This document shows positions 32,798 to 44,148 of a stretch of 64,000 nt of DNA, one piece after another. Origin of the DNA: an uncultured Gammaproteobacteria bacterium (GTDB taxonomy: Bacteria; Pseudomonadota; Gammaproteobacteria; Pseudomonadales; UBA5518); NCBI GenBank assembly GCA_903928015.1, contig CAIYPF010000034.1, positions 13,613-77,612 on the forward strand, given 5' to 3'. The number at the start of each line of letters is the position of its first letter. Positions within the stretch are counted from its first letter, which is position 1. The position numbers were made by a program, and so were the translations under genes. Below the pieces are notes generated by a model. That model saw only the letters and a list, made by a program, of their open reading frames with translations, did not search any database and was not told where the DNA came from.

Positions 32798-33628
32798 GCC
32801 GCCGGGGTCCGGCACATGCAGCCTCTGGTGGACTCCCACCGGCAGTCGCCGCTGCAGGTCTTCGCGCACGGCCCGATCGGCCTCGGCAAGCAGCACCGCC
32901 TCGCCGGTCGCGGCGCTTGCGAGCACCCTGCCCCATGGATCGATGATCACAGAACCGCCGTAGCACTCTCGCGTGGGCGTCTGCCGCCCTCCCTGGTTCG
33001 GCGCCACTACCCAGCACTGGTTTTCGATGGCGCGCGCCCGGAGCAGTACGTGCCAGTGCGCTTCTCCCGTGACGCGGGTGAAGGCCGAGGGCAATACAAG
33101 CACGCTCATGCCGCGCTGGAACTGAACCCGGAACATCTCCGGGAAGCGCAGGTCGTAGCACACCGCCAGGCCCAGCACGCCGAAAGGGGTGTCAGCAGTA
33201 ACGATGCTCTCGCCCGGCGACATCCGGGCCGATTCGCGGTAGCTCTGCTGGGCGTCCGGCAGGTCCACATCGAAAAGATGCATCTTGTCGTAGCGGGCGC
33301 GCTCGATGCCCTCGGGGTCGATCAGCAGGCAGGCAGCGCGCGGGCGCTCGCCGGCATCGGAAACCGGTATGGTTCCGCCGACCAACCAGATCCCGTGGGT
33401 CTTCGCCAGATCCGCGAGAAATCTGCGCAATGGCCCCTGCGAGTCGCGCTCCGCCGCTCCCAGCGCCAATGTGCGGGCAGGATCGGCGCAGGCGAAAGCC
33501 TCGGGCAGTACCACCAGGCCCGCGCCGCGGCCAGCGGACTCGGCGACCAGGCGCTCGGCTGCGCGCAGGTTGGCCTCCAGATCAACCGTGCTCACCATCT
33601 GCACTGCTGCGAGTGCGGTTCCCTTCAT
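32759..33628 (-). CDS. Carbon-nitrogen hydrolase (Nit1 / deaminated glutathione amidase-like)
   Basis: VLPE, YDKMHLFDV, VCYDLRFPE, ARAIEN (E-K-C triad); downstream of yhdP. Confidence 0.92.
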   Translation of the reverse strand: MKGTALAAVQMVSTVDLEANLRAAERLVAESAGRGAGLVVLPEAFACADPARTLALGAAERDSQGPLRRFLADLAKTHGIWLVGGTIPVSDAGERPRAACLLIDPEGIERARYDKMHLFDVDLPDAQQSYRESARMSPGESIVTADTPFGVLGLAVCYDLRFPEMFRVQFQRGMSVLVLPSAFTRVTGEAHWHVLLRARAIENQCWVVAPNQGGRQTPTRECYGGSVIIDPWGRVLASAATGEAVLLAEADRAVREDLQRRLPVGVHQRLHVPDPGGSVRGEDLQGQAV

Positions 33629-36600
33629 GGATGGGCCTCCGGCGCTGGCAACTCCGGCGCGGCCGGGGTGGCCGGGGTGGCCGGGGTGGCCGGGGATCCT
33701 GAGGGCGGAGAGGGCGGCGCGGCAGTGGATGGTGCGGTCGGTTTACCCGAATGGGTTGTCGGTTCCATATCGAACACCTTCACGAATTCGAGCTTCGGAT
33801 CCTCCAGCGAGCCGGTCACCGTGTAAACGGCGCTGGAAAACTTGCCCAGTTCGTCCTCGAAGATGCGGCTCGCCAGATAGGCGCCGGCCACTGCGGGCAA
33901 TCCGCCCGCCAAAACGGCGACCCACGGAAGGTTGCTGCCGAGCGGAAGCGATACCACGAGATCGGCGTCGATCAGGTTGCGGCGCAGATCGCTCTGACCG
34001 CTGAGACGCATGCGTGCAGTGGGGCCGCGGAGTTCCATCGGCTCGCTGGTGCGGGCGATGCCATCGGCGACGTCGATCACCGCCTCGAAGCTGTCGAAGG
34101 CCAGCCCGCTCTGGTAGAGGTCCTTGAAGTCGAGCTTGAGGCGCCGCAGCAGCTCGTCAAATCGCAGCACGCCGAATGCACGCATCAACGGATTGTTGCC
34201 GCCGCCGCGGAGCAACCGGCCGTTGTTGAACCCGAAATCGAGCAGGCCGCGGGCATCGGCCATGTGCAGGGCGAGCGGATTCCCCGGCCAGCTGAGCGAC
34301 ACATCAGCGCGTCCGTTGTTGCCCTCCAGCACCGGGTCGTAGCCCCAGTTGCGGAAGAACGCACCGGGGTTGTCGAAGCGCAGCCCGGCCGAGAGCTCCG
34401 TGCGCGGCACGCCGGCGATCCAGCGCATGCGAACGCTGGCGCCCGGCGCATCACCGGTACCCCCTACGTGCAGACCCGGCAAGGCGCCGGTGGCCGAACT
34501 GAGCGCGAGCGCATCGGTCTCCGAGGCGATGCGGAAGCGCCAGTTGCCCATGTCGCGAGGCCCATTGCGCAACGAGGCAATGCTGACGTCGATGGGTGGG
34601 ACATGGGCATCGGCCAGCACGTTCCAGGGGTCAGGGCCGGGATCAGGCGGCGCGGCGGTGTCGGGGGCCTGCGGCACGGGCGCGTCGGCAGGTGGCGGCG
34701 CGGGAAGGAACGGGGCCAGTTCAAGACGCTCCACTGCCAACCCGAAAGGCTGCGAGTGGTCGGTGGGAATGCGGAAATCCCCCGCCAGCAGATCGGCGTT
34801 GAAACCCAGCACGAAGGCACCGTCCTCGCGCCGCGAACGAAGCTCCAGCCCGGCAAGATCAGGACGCAAAAGCCGCGCAGACGCCGCGCGCAAACCGTCG
34901 ATCCGGAAACCACCGCCGCCACCGTCCATGCCCGCGTTCAGCGATACGAGACGGCTGACCGCCACAATCCAACCCGCAGCATCGGCGTGAGCGACCTCGC
35001 CCCGCAGGGCAAGACCGGCGCCACCGGCCTCAGGCGGCGCTCCCTTGCCAAGCACGATCTCACCGGCCGGCGCGGCACCTGCATTGCGAAGCAGCGCGAG
35101 CGCACCGAGGCCCTCGATCGTGGCGTCGATCCTGGCGCCATCGCCGCCCGGCTCCCAATCGAGGCTGAAGGGCAAGGCTGCGTCCGTCTGCTTGCCAAGT
35201 GGCTCGGGCAGATGGCTTTCCACGCCGAGCAGATCGCTGCGCAACAGCGTGGCGAAGCCCGCTTCGCGCTGCTCCAGCCGCAGGCTGAAGGGGGTTTCTC
35301 CGCCCAGCATTCCACCGGTCGAGACACCGAGCCAGCGCTCCACATCCGGCACCGCGGCAACGCCATTGGCCTGGATCAGCATGCGCCCGGGCGCGTTTTC
35401 CAGTGGCCCGATAAGGGCCGTGAACGGCCGCTCCCAGAGCGCCCCCGACAGCCCGCCGCTCTGCAGACCGCCATCAAGCGAATAATCGAGCGGGCCGGAG
35501 AGTTGCGAGACCTCGAGGCCGATGCCGCCAAGCCGCAGCGTTGCGCCGCCAAGCACGGCGTGCACGCCGATGCGGGCGTTGTCGGGCTGGATGCGCGCGC
35601 CGATGGGAATGTCGAGGTCGAGATCGACGGCCGTGGCACCAGTGCCGCGCCAGTCCCGCAGCGCGCCCTTCGTCATCGCCGCGATAGGGGAGCCATTCAC
35701 CAGTTGCAGTGCCTGGGAAAGGTCGGCCTCGACACTGCCCTTCACGCGGACACGACGGGCGTCACCGCCCATATCGACCTCGACCAGGGCCTCGCGCAGG
35801 CGGGCCCCGAGCACTTCACCCGCGTCCGCCTGCACGCGGGTGTGGGTGCCATCAACATTCACCAGTGCGTGGACGCCCTCCACCGGCGGCCAGTCGGGGT
35901 GGTAATCCACCGTGGCGTCATTCACATCCAGCGCGAGCTGTACCAAATTGCTGCGACTGCCATCAGCCCGCCCGAATGCGCTGCGGTAGGCGAAGCCACC
36001 CGCATCGACATGCCCGCCTTTCACCGCGCCCTCAAGCCAGTGCCGCAGGCCCTTGTCGACCACGTAGGGCACCAGGCGCTCGTGCAGGGAAACGTCGGCA
36101 TTGCGCACGCTGGCGGCGAGCGTGAATTCGTCATCGAGCACAGGGTCCCGGTTCAGGTGCAAGCCGAAGCGGGCGCTGAAGGCCGTCTGGTCCTGGCGCA
36201 GCTCGAGCAACTCGCTGCCCACCTCGAGTCCCTCCTCGTCACGCGTCCAGCGGACACGCCCGCGCAACGCGCTGAAATCGAGATCCTCGTGGTAGAGCCG
36301 GGGAAATTCGAGGGTGATCGCTTGCGTGTCCAGGTCGACGAAGCCGCCTGCACGGTTCAACTCGAGGTAACCACGCGCATTGCGCACCCCGGGTGCGCTG
36401 CGCCAGGGCGAGACAGAGACGTCCTCGAGACGCCCGCGCAGCCGGAATTCCGCGGGTTCGCCCGTGCGGTGCCGGAGGTCCATGTGCGCGTTGGCCAGCC
36501 CGCCGTAGGGCGACAGCTCTGCCAGCGCATCGGCCCACGGGCCCTCGATGAGCCCCGATCCCGTCGCGATACCCGCCAGCGCGCCCACGTCGAGATACTC

Positions 36601-37641
36601 CGCCGCAAGGGCGTCATCAACGCCGCCGGACGCGGGACTGCGCTCGAGCCGCAGGTGCCGTATGTCGAGGTCCTGCGCGTACCAGTTGGCGGAGAGATGA
36701 TCGATATCGAGGGTGCTGTGCCCGGCCTCATGACGCAGGGAAAAGCGCGTATCAAGCCCGCGCACGGGCTCCAGGTTGCGGCCGGACGGCAGGGGGGCGA
36801 TCTCGATCGTCGGCGTGCGCAGGTCCCCGCGCAGAGTCCACGCGCCAGCCGCATCGAGGGAAGCCCACAGCTCACCGCTCAATGCCGTGCGCGGCAGCCG
36901 GAAGGCCGCGCCCGCCAGCGGCTGCAGGCGGGCGAGCCTTGCATCCTCGAGCCGCAGCCACGCACGGGCATCGAACTCGCCGTGGCGGCGCGGATCACCA
37001 TGGCTCTCGAGCAGCAGGTCGAGCTTGCCGCCCGTGGCGTCATCACGCAGGCGGGCATCGAGCCGGCGCATGCGCCGGTAGTTCTGCATCTTCAGCGTGG
37101 CGTCCTGGGTTTCGATCTGCCCGCCGTGCGCGGGGCTCAGCACGATCCGCGTGCGATCGAGGGCGATTTCCTCGATGGCGAGGAAGAAATCAAGGATGGC
37201 GTCACGATCCGCGGGCGTACGCGAGACGCCTATGCCCGCGAGGTGCCACTGGCCGTCGGCATCCTCGCGGAAACCCAGCTGCACGTCGGCGGCGGAAATG
37301 CTGCGGATGCGCGGCGCCCGGGCAAGCAGCGAGCGCACGATGTCGATGCGAAGATCGGAGCTGCTCGAGGAAAGAATGGTGATCGCGGGCTCCTCACGCG
37401 CGAAAAGGCGCAAGCCCTGCACATGGAAGGTGGGCGCGAGGCCGGTCCACTCCGCGTGAAGACCCGCCACCTCCATGCCGAAAGGCAGGCGCTCGGCGGC
37501 CTGGCGGACCAGTTCCGCGCGGTACTGGTCGAGGTAGGGAAAGTAGTACTGGCCCAGGCTCACCAGAACGGCGCACAGCACCACGACGGCCGCGGCGAGA
37601 TACCACAGCCAGCGCGCGAAAGTGCCCAACAAGCGCCTCAT
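33625..37641 (-). CDS. yhdP: YhdP (AsmA-like phospholipid bridge protein)
   Basis: 1338 aa, N-terminal TM, WTGLAP, HPDWP, SDLLGVESHLPEPLGK, RRLKLDFKDL, YTVTGSLEDP; after rng. Confidence 0.9.
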   Translation of the reverse strand: MRRLLGTFARWLWYLAAAVVVLCAVLVSLGQYYFPYLDQYRAELVRQAAERLPFGMEVAGLHAEWTGLAPTFHVQGLRLFAREEPAITILSSSSSDLRIDIVRSLLARAPRIRSISAADVQLGFREDADGQWHLAGIGVSRTPADRDAILDFFLAIEEIALDRTRIVLSPAHGGQIETQDATLKMQNYRRMRRLDARLRDDATGGKLDLLLESHGDPRRHGEFDARAWLRLEDARLARLQPLAGAAFRLPRTALSGELWASLDAAGAWTLRGDLRTPTIEIAPLPSGRNLEPVRGLDTRFSLRHEAGHSTLDIDHLSANWYAQDLDIRHLRLERSPASGGVDDALAAEYLDVGALAGIATGSGLIEGPWADALAELSPYGGLANAHMDLRHRTGEPAEFRLRGRLEDVSVSPWRSAPGVRNARGYLELNRAGGFVDLDTQAITLEFPRLYHEDLDFSALRGRVRWTRDEEGLEVGSELLELRQDQTAFSARFGLHLNRDPVLDDEFTLAASVRNADVSLHERLVPYVVDKGLRHWLEGAVKGGHVDAGGFAYRSAFGRADGSRSNLVQLALDVNDATVDYHPDWPPVEGVHALVNVDGTHTRVQADAGEVLGARLREALVEVDMGGDARRVRVKGSVEADLSQALQLVNGSPIAAMTKGALRDWRGTGATAVDLDLDIPIGARIQPDNARIGVHAVLGGATLRLGGIGLEVSQLSGPLDYSLDGGLQSGGLSGALWERPFTALIGPLENAPGRMLIQANGVAAVPDVERWLGVSTGGMLGGETPFSLRLEQREAGFATLLRSDLLGVESHLPEPLGKQTDAALPFSLDWEPGGDGARIDATIEGLGALALLRNAGAAPAGEIVLGKGAPPEAGGAGLALRGEVAHADAAGWIVAVSRLVSLNAGMDGGGGGFRIDGLRAASARLLRPDLAGLELRSRREDGAFVLGFNADLLAGDFRIPTDHSQPFGLAVERLELAPFLPAPPPADAPVPQAPDTAAPPDPGPDPWNVLADAHVPPIDVSIASLRNGPRDMGNWRFRIASETDALALSSATGALPGLHVGGTGDAPGASVRMRWIAGVPRTELSAGLRFDNPGAFFRNWGYDPVLEGNNGRADVSLSWPGNPLALHMADARGLLDFGFNNGRLLRGGGNNPLMRAFGVLRFDELLRRLKLDFKDLYQSGLAFDSFEAVIDVADGIARTSEPMELRGPTARMRLSGQSDLRRNLIDADLVVSLPLGSNLPWVAVLAGGLPAVAGAYLASRIFEDELGKFSSAVYTVTGSLEDPKLEFVKVFDMEPTTHSGKPTAPSTAAPPSPPSGSPATPATPATPAAPELPAPEAHP
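33661..33695. repeat. 9-bp tandem repeat GGCCGGGGT (about 3.9 copies) encoding a PAT repeat in the YhdP tail
   Basis: Read directly. Confidence 0.85.
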
Positions 37642-37653
37642 GCGTTCATCGCC

Positions 37654-39132
37654 TCACAGCAGCACGACGTCGTACTGCTCCTGTGTGTAGATGCCCTCGA
37701 CCCGGAAGCGGATCGTCTTGCCGATCTGTTCCTCCATGTCCGCGACACTGCCCGACTCCTCGTCGAGCAGGCGATCGACCACCGACTGCGAGGCGAGCAC
37801 CAGCAGCGTGTCGTTGTCGTAGGAGCGCGCATCACGCAGGATTTCGCGGAAGATCTCGTAGCACACAGTCTCGGCCGATTTGACTGTGCCACGCCCCTGG
37901 CAGGTGGCGCAGGTCTCGCAAAGCGTGCGCTCCAGACTCTCGCGGGTGCGCTTGCGGGTCATCTGCACCAGCCCCAGATCCGAGAGCGGACTGATCGCCG
38001 TGCGGGCGTGATCGCGCTCCAGCGCGCGCTCGAGACTGCGCAGGACCTGCCGGCGGTGCTCGAGGTCCTTCATGTCGATGAAGTCGATGATGATGATCCC
38101 CCCGAGGTTGCGCACGCGCAGCTGGCGCGCAAGCGCGGCTGCAGCCTCGAGGTTGGTCTTGAGGATGGTTTCATCGAGGTTGCGGCTGCCCACAAAGGCG
38201 CCCGTGTTCACGTCGATGGTGGTCATCGCCTCGGTCTGGTCGATGATCAGGTAACCGCCGGACTTGAGCTGCACGCGCTTGCCGAGCGCCTTCTCGATCT
38301 CTTCCTCGACGCCGTAGAGATCAAAGAGCGGCCGGTCCCCGGCGAAGTGCTCGATACGCCCCGCCACCTCGGGCACGAATTGCGCGGCGAAGCGCGAGAG
38401 CCGCTCGGCCACATCGGGGGAATCGACGCGCACTTTCTCGATGTTGCCGCGCACCTCGTCGCGCAAGGTGCGCATGGTCAGGGGAAGGTCCTCGTACACC
38501 AGCGACGGTGCGCTCGCATGCCGCACGGATTCGGCCACTGATTCCCAGAGCCGGAGCAGGATGCGTACATCGTCTTCGATGCCCTGACGGGAGACGCCCT
38601 CCGCGGCGGTGCGCACGATGAATCCGCCGGGATTGGGAGTGCCGCTCGAGGCCTGCACCGCCTGTACCAGCGCGCGCAGTCGCTCGCGCTCTTCCTCGGC
38701 CTCGATGCGCTGGGAAATCCCGATGTGGCGGCTGTGCGGCATGTACACCAGATAGCGCGAGGAAAGCGAGAGATGCGTGGTCAGCCGCGCGCCCTTGCTG
38801 CCGAGCGGGTCTTTCACCACCTGCACGACCACCGTCTGGCCCTCGGTGACGATGGAGCGGATCTCGCGCTCGGTCTCGCTGCGCACCTCTATGCCGTTCT
38901 CGTCGAGGCTGACCAGATCACTCGCGTGCAGGAAGCTCGCGCGCTCGAGTCCGATGTCGACGAATGCGGCCTGCATGCCCGGCAGTACCCGCATCACCTT
39001 GCCGAGGTAGATGTTGCCCACCAGCCCCTTGTGGGAGCGGCGCTCGACCCAGACCTCCTGCAGCACACCGCTCTCTACCAGCGCGACGCGCGTCTGTACC
39101 GGTGTGGCGTTGATCAGGATTTCGTCGCTCAT
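37654..39132 (-). CDS. rng: Ribonuclease G
   Basis: GNIYLGKV, PGMQAAFVDIG, KGARLT, IDVNTG, IIIDFIDM, CATCQGRG. Confidence 0.97.
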   Translation of the reverse strand: MSDEILINATPVQTRVALVESGVLQEVWVERRSHKGLVGNIYLGKVMRVLPGMQAAFVDIGLERASFLHASDLVSLDENGIEVRSETEREIRSIVTEGQTVVVQVVKDPLGSKGARLTTHLSLSSRYLVYMPHSRHIGISQRIEAEEERERLRALVQAVQASSGTPNPGGFIVRTAAEGVSRQGIEDDVRILLRLWESVAESVRHASAPSLVYEDLPLTMRTLRDEVRGNIEKVRVDSPDVAERLSRFAAQFVPEVAGRIEHFAGDRPLFDLYGVEEEIEKALGKRVQLKSGGYLIIDQTEAMTTIDVNTGAFVGSRNLDETILKTNLEAAAALARQLRVRNLGGIIIIDFIDMKDLEHRRQVLRSLERALERDHARTAISPLSDLGLVQMTRKRTRESLERTLCETCATCQGRGTVKSAETVCYEIFREILRDARSYDNDTLLVLASQSVVDRLLDEESGSVADMEEQIGKTIRFRVEGIYTQEQYDVVLL

Positions 39133-39743
39133 GCACCGCCCCCGGATTCCCGCAGCCAGCCCTCTATGCCGAAGTCGCGCAGCAGCGCCGCGGTCTCGAA
39201 GAGCGGCAATCCCACCACTCCCGTGTAGCTGCCCTCGATGCGTTGGACGAAGGCGGCAGCAAGACCCTGGATGGCATAGGCACCGGCCTTGTCGCACGGC
39301 TCGCCGCTGGCCCAGTAGGCATCGATCTCGGCGGCCTCCAGTTCGCGCAGGCTGACCAGGGTGCGCGAGAGGACAACGCGTTCGCGCAGGCCGTCGGTTA
39401 CCGCCACCGCGCAGAGCACCTGATGCGTACGCCCCGAAAGTTGCCGCAGCATTGCGATGCCGTCTTCCCGGGAAGAAGGCTTGCCCAGCACGCGATCGCC
39501 GAGCAGTACCTCGGTGTCCGCACCCAGCACGGGGCGTATGTCGCCAGCCTCGCGCGCAGCGAGCCCCGCTAGCGCTTTTTCCCGCGCAACCCGGAGCACG
39601 TATTCCTCACCCGACTCCCCTGCGCCCTGGACTTCCTCGATTCCCGCCTGCAGCAGCGCAAAGCGGTAGCCAAGTTGCGCAAGCAGCTCGCGCCGGCGCG
39701 GCGAGGCCGAGGCAAGGTGGAAATCGGACTCAGGCGCTGCCAT
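39129..39743 (-). CDS. maf: Maf/YhdE nucleoside triphosphate pyrophosphatase
   Basis: LASASPRR, GADT, LGKP, DKAGAYAIQG, VVGLP. Confidence 0.95.
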   Translation of the reverse strand: MAAPESDFHLASASPRRRELLAQLGYRFALLQAGIEEVQGAGESGEEYVLRVAREKALAGLAAREAGDIRPVLGADTEVLLGDRVLGKPSSREDGIAMLRQLSGRTHQVLCAVAVTDGLRERVVLSRTLVSLRELEAAEIDAYWASGEPCDKAGAYAIQGLAAAFVQRIEGSYTGVVGLPLFETAALLRDFGIEGWLRESGGGA

Positions 39744-40227
39744 GCCAGTTCTCCATGCGCCCTCGGGCACCAACCCACATGCCGATGAGCGGCCAGCAGA
39801 ATGCTGCCGTCAGGCTGCCCATGAAGAGCCCTGCGCCCATCTGGGCGTGACCGGTAAAACCCTGCGCCCAGCGCAGCAGCAACTGCGCGAGAGCGCTCAG
39901 CGCAAAGACCGTGAGCATCTGCTGTGGCAGGGAATGGTGGAGGATCCGTGCCCGCAGCACCACCACCACATAAGCGACCACCGAGAGCGCAAGCGCGCGC
40001 GGCCCGAGCAGTCCGCCGCACAGTGCATCAGCGGCAAGCCCGGCAATCCACGCGAGCCCGAAGCCGGCGCTGCCGGAGTCACGCAGCACCCAATAGAACA
40101 CCAGCAAGCTCAGCCAGTCCGGACGGGCCGGAGCCACCCACGCGGGCAGCGGCATGACGACGAGAAGCAGCGCCAGGACTACGGAGCCCCAGAGGGTGAA
40201 AGGCGAAACACCGGAGCGCGGCCTCAT
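39730..40227 (-). CDS. mreD: Rod shape-determining protein MreD
   Basis: RPDW..YW, multiple TM helices; after mreC. Confidence 0.92.
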   Translation of the reverse strand: MRPRSGVSPFTLWGSVVLALLLVVMPLPAWVAPARPDWLSLLVFYWVLRDSGSAGFGLAWIAGLAADALCGGLLGPRALALSVVAYVVVVLRARILHHSLPQQMLTVFALSALAQLLLRWAQGFTGHAQMGAGLFMGSLTAAFCWPLIGMWVGARGRMENWHGSA

Positions 40228-41126
40228 GGTGCAGGCTCGCTCGCTGGCGCTGCGACCGGGTCTGCGGCAGCACCCGCCGGCGCGAGCACCCTGGGGTCGG
40301 GGCCTGGCGCCGGATCGGTGAGCACCAGCACGTGGCGGCTGCGGTCGAGCTGCGCGCTGGGCCGAGCGACCACCACCGAGAATGGTTCGCCGGGATCGTT
40401 TGTGACGGACTCGACCACACCCACCGGATAGCCTCCCGGAAAGCGCTGGCCCAGCCCCGAGCTGACCAGCAGATCACCGGGGCGCACGTCCATGGTGGGC
40501 GCGACGTAATCGACGTCGAGGCTATCGATGCGCCCGTTGCCCTCGACCACCACCCGCACGCCGTTGCGCAGCACTTGCGCCGGAACCGCGTGCGTGGAAT
40601 CACTGACCAGCAGCACCCTGCTGCTGACGATACCGGACTCGATCACCTGCCCGAAAAGCCCCGAAGCGTCGATCACGGCCTGACCGGGCAACACGCCGCT
40701 CGAGCGGCCCTTGTCGATCACCGCGACCTGCAGGCCCGGATCGGGCGAGATGCCGATGATCTCGGAAACCAGCACGTTTTCTTCGAGCAGCGCGGTGGAG
40801 TTCAGGAGTTCGCGCAGGCGGAGGTTCTCGGCGGAGAGGGCAGCGAGCCGCTGGGCCCGGGCACGCAGCACCAGGGCCTCGGCACGCAGCGCGCGGTTCT
40901 CTGCCGCCAGATCCTCGCGCGAGGCGAAGGTCTCGCCCAGCCAGCCCGCCATACGGCCCGGAAGCGAGCTCACCCAGTAGAACGGGACAGAGATGTCGGA
41001 GAGCAGGGCCCTGCCCGGGCCGAGCAGCCCCAGCCGCGAATCTGCCAGCATGATCAGCGCTGCGGCGAGGACCAGACCGACCAGGCCCAGGCTGGCCGAG
41101 GCTTCGCTGCGGAAAATCGGCTTGAT
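40224..41126 (-). CDS. mreC: Rod shape-determining protein MreC, probable non-canonical ATC start
   Basis: ENLRLRELL, IDKG, SSGLGQRFPGGYPVG; in-frame IKPIF plus a TM upstream of the first ATG (41051); SD GGGGAGGG 6 nt before the ATC at 41126. Confidence 0.92.
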   Translation of the reverse strand: MKPIFRSEASASLGLVGLVLAAALIMLADSRLGLLGPGRALLSDISVPFYWVSSLPGRMAGWLGETFASREDLAAENRALRAEALVLRARAQRLAALSAENLRLRELLNSTALLEENVLVSEIIGISPDPGLQVAVIDKGRSSGVLPGQAVIDASGLFGQVIESGIVSSRVLLVSDSTHAVPAQVLRNGVRVVVEGNGRIDSLDVDYVAPTMDVRPGDLLVSSGLGQRFPGGYPVGVVESVTNDPGEPFSVVVARPSAQLDRSRHVLVLTDPAPGPDPRVLAPAGAAADPVAAPASEPAP

Positions 41127-41163
41127 GACGCGCCCTCCCCTGTGCGGCCCCCGGGCCTTGCGC

Positions 41164-42284
<1,121 letters not shown>

Positions 42285-42354
42285 GAAGCGGTTGTGCTAG
42301 TTTACGCTCTCCTGCGCCCGCCAAGGCGCGTTTTTCAGCATCAGCACACAACTC

Positions 42355-42642
42355 ATGACGATCAGCGAACAGGAACTCGCGCGAGTCGCGGAACTCGCCC
42401 GCATCCGCCTCGACCCGGACACCGTGACCGATGTCACGCGCCGCATCGGCAACATCCTCGGGATGATTGACCGGATGCAGGCCGTCGACACCAGCGCCGT
42501 GAGCCCGATGGCCCACCCCCTCGACACCGTCCAGCGCCTGCGGCCGGACGAGGTCACCGAGACCGACAGGCGGGAAGACTTCCTGGCCATCGCCCCGGTA
42601 TCCGAGGCAGGCCTGTACCTCGTCCCCCGCGTCATCGAGTAG
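42355..42642 (+). CDS. gatC: Asp/Glu-tRNA amidotransferase subunit C
   Basis: [28 protein letters not shown]. Confidence 0.96.
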   Translation: MTISEQELARVAELARIRLDPDTVTDVTRRIGNILGMIDRMQAVDTSAVSPMAHPLDTVQRLRPDEVTETDRREDFLAIAPVSEAGLYLVPRVIE

Positions 42643-42676
42643 GGCCCCGCGCCCGGTACCCCAGGAAACGCCCCGC

Positions 42677-44131
42677 ATGCATGACATCGCTCTCGAGGCC
42701 ATCGCCGGCGCGCTGGAGCGGCGCGAGTTCTCCTCCGTCGAGATCACCTCGCACCTGCTCGAGCGCATCGAACGCGCCAACGGCACGCTGAACGCCTTCA
42801 TCACCATCGATCGCGAGGGCGCGTTGCGCTCTGCCGCGGCCGCCGACGCGGCCCGGGCGGGAGGCGCCACCGGCCCGCTCCTCGGCGTACCCATCGCCCA
42901 CAAGGACCTCTTCTGCACTGCAGGGCTGCGCACCACCTGCGGCTCGCGCATGCTGGGCGAATTCGTGCCGCCCTACAGCGCCACCGTGGTCGAGCGCATG
43001 GCTGCGGCGGGCTGTGTGACGCTCGGCAAGACCAACATGGACGAGTTCGCCATGGGCTCGTCCAACGAGACCAGCTGGTTCGGACCCGTGCGCAATCCCT
43101 GGGATACCGCCCGGGTTCCGGGTGGATCATCGGGGGGTTCTGCTGCAGCGGTGGCCGCACGCCTCGCGCCCGGCGCTACCGCCACCGACACCGGCGGCTC
43201 CATCCGCCAGCCCGCCTCGCTCTGCGGACTCACCGGGCTCAAAGCCACCTACGGGCGCGTCTCGCGCCACGGCATGATCGCTTTCGCCTCCAGTCTGGAC
43301 CAGGCCGGACCCATCGCCCGCTCGGCGGCCGATTGTGCGCTGATGCTCCAGGCCATCGCGGGCTTCGACCCGCGCGACTCGACGTCCATCGAGGCGCCAG
43401 TGCCGGACTACGTATCCCAGCTCGATCGCCCTCTCGCGGGCCTGCGGATCGGGGTGCCGAAGGAATACTTCGATCCGGGCCTGCACCCCGGCACCGAGGC
43501 CGCAGTGCGTCAGGGCCTCGCCGAACTGGAAGCGCAGGGCGCAAAACTGGTCGACGTCAGCCTGCCGCATTCGCCCCTTTCGGTACCCGCCTACTACGTG
43601 ATCGCGCCCGCGGAATGTTCGGCGAACCTCTCGCGTTACGACGGCGTGCGATACGGCTATCGCTGCAAAGACCCGGTGGATCTGCGCGATCTCTACGAGC
43701 GCAGCCGATCGGAGGGCTTCGGCGAGGAGGTCAAGCGCCGCATCATCGTCGGCACCTACGCGCTCTCCGCCGGCTACTACGACGCGTACTACCGCAAGGC
43801 CCAGCAGATCCGCCGCCTGATCGCCGAAGACTTCCGCCAGGCCTTCGAGGTGGCGGACGTGATCGCCGGCCCTTCGGCACCGGCCACCGCTTTCCGCTTC
43901 GGCGAGAAGAGCAGCGACCCGATCACGATGTACCTCGAGGACATCTACACCATCGCCGCGAACCTTGCCGGCCTGCCGGCCATGTCGATGCCGGGCGGTC
44001 TGGTCGATGGCCTGCCCGTGGGCATACAGCTGATCGGCAACCATCTGCAGGAGGGGCTGCTGCTGAACGTCGCGCACCGCTTCCAGCAGGCCACCGACTG
44101 GCACCGGCGCTCGCCGGGCTTCACGGCCTGA
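42677..44131 (+). CDS. gatA: Asp/Glu-tRNA amidotransferase subunit A
   Basis: [45 protein letters not shown]. Confidence 0.97.
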   Translation: MHDIALEAIAGALERREFSSVEITSHLLERIERANGTLNAFITIDREGALRSAAAADAARAGGATGPLLGVPIAHKDLFCTAGLRTTCGSRMLGEFVPPYSATVVERMAAAGCVTLGKTNMDEFAMGSSNETSWFGPVRNPWDTARVPGGSSGGSAAAVAARLAPGATATDTGGSIRQPASLCGLTGLKATYGRVSRHGMIAFASSLDQAGPIARSAADCALMLQAIAGFDPRDSTSIEAPVPDYVSQLDRPLAGLRIGVPKEYFDPGLHPGTEAAVRQGLAELEAQGAKLVDVSLPHSPLSVPAYYVIAPAECSANLSRYDGVRYGYRCKDPVDLRDLYERSRSEGFGEEVKRRIIVGTYALSAGYYDAYYRKAQQIRRLIAEDFRQAFEVADVIAGPSAPATAFRFGEKSSDPITMYLEDIYTIAANLAGLPAMSMPGGLVDGLPVGIQLIGNHLQEGLLLNVAHRFQQATDWHRRSPGFTA

Positions 44132-44148
44132 ACCCGGAGACGACACAG

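Noticed and set aside
33751-38541. 1596-aa ORF on the + strand
   Set aside because: It lies antisense to yhdP and rng, has no recognisable motifs, and is the shadow expected from high-GC codon bias.
43333-44148. Apparent 272-aa N-terminal extension of GatB
   Set aside because: It is an alternative frame inside gatA; GatB homology starts at ATG 44149, which has GGAG upstream.
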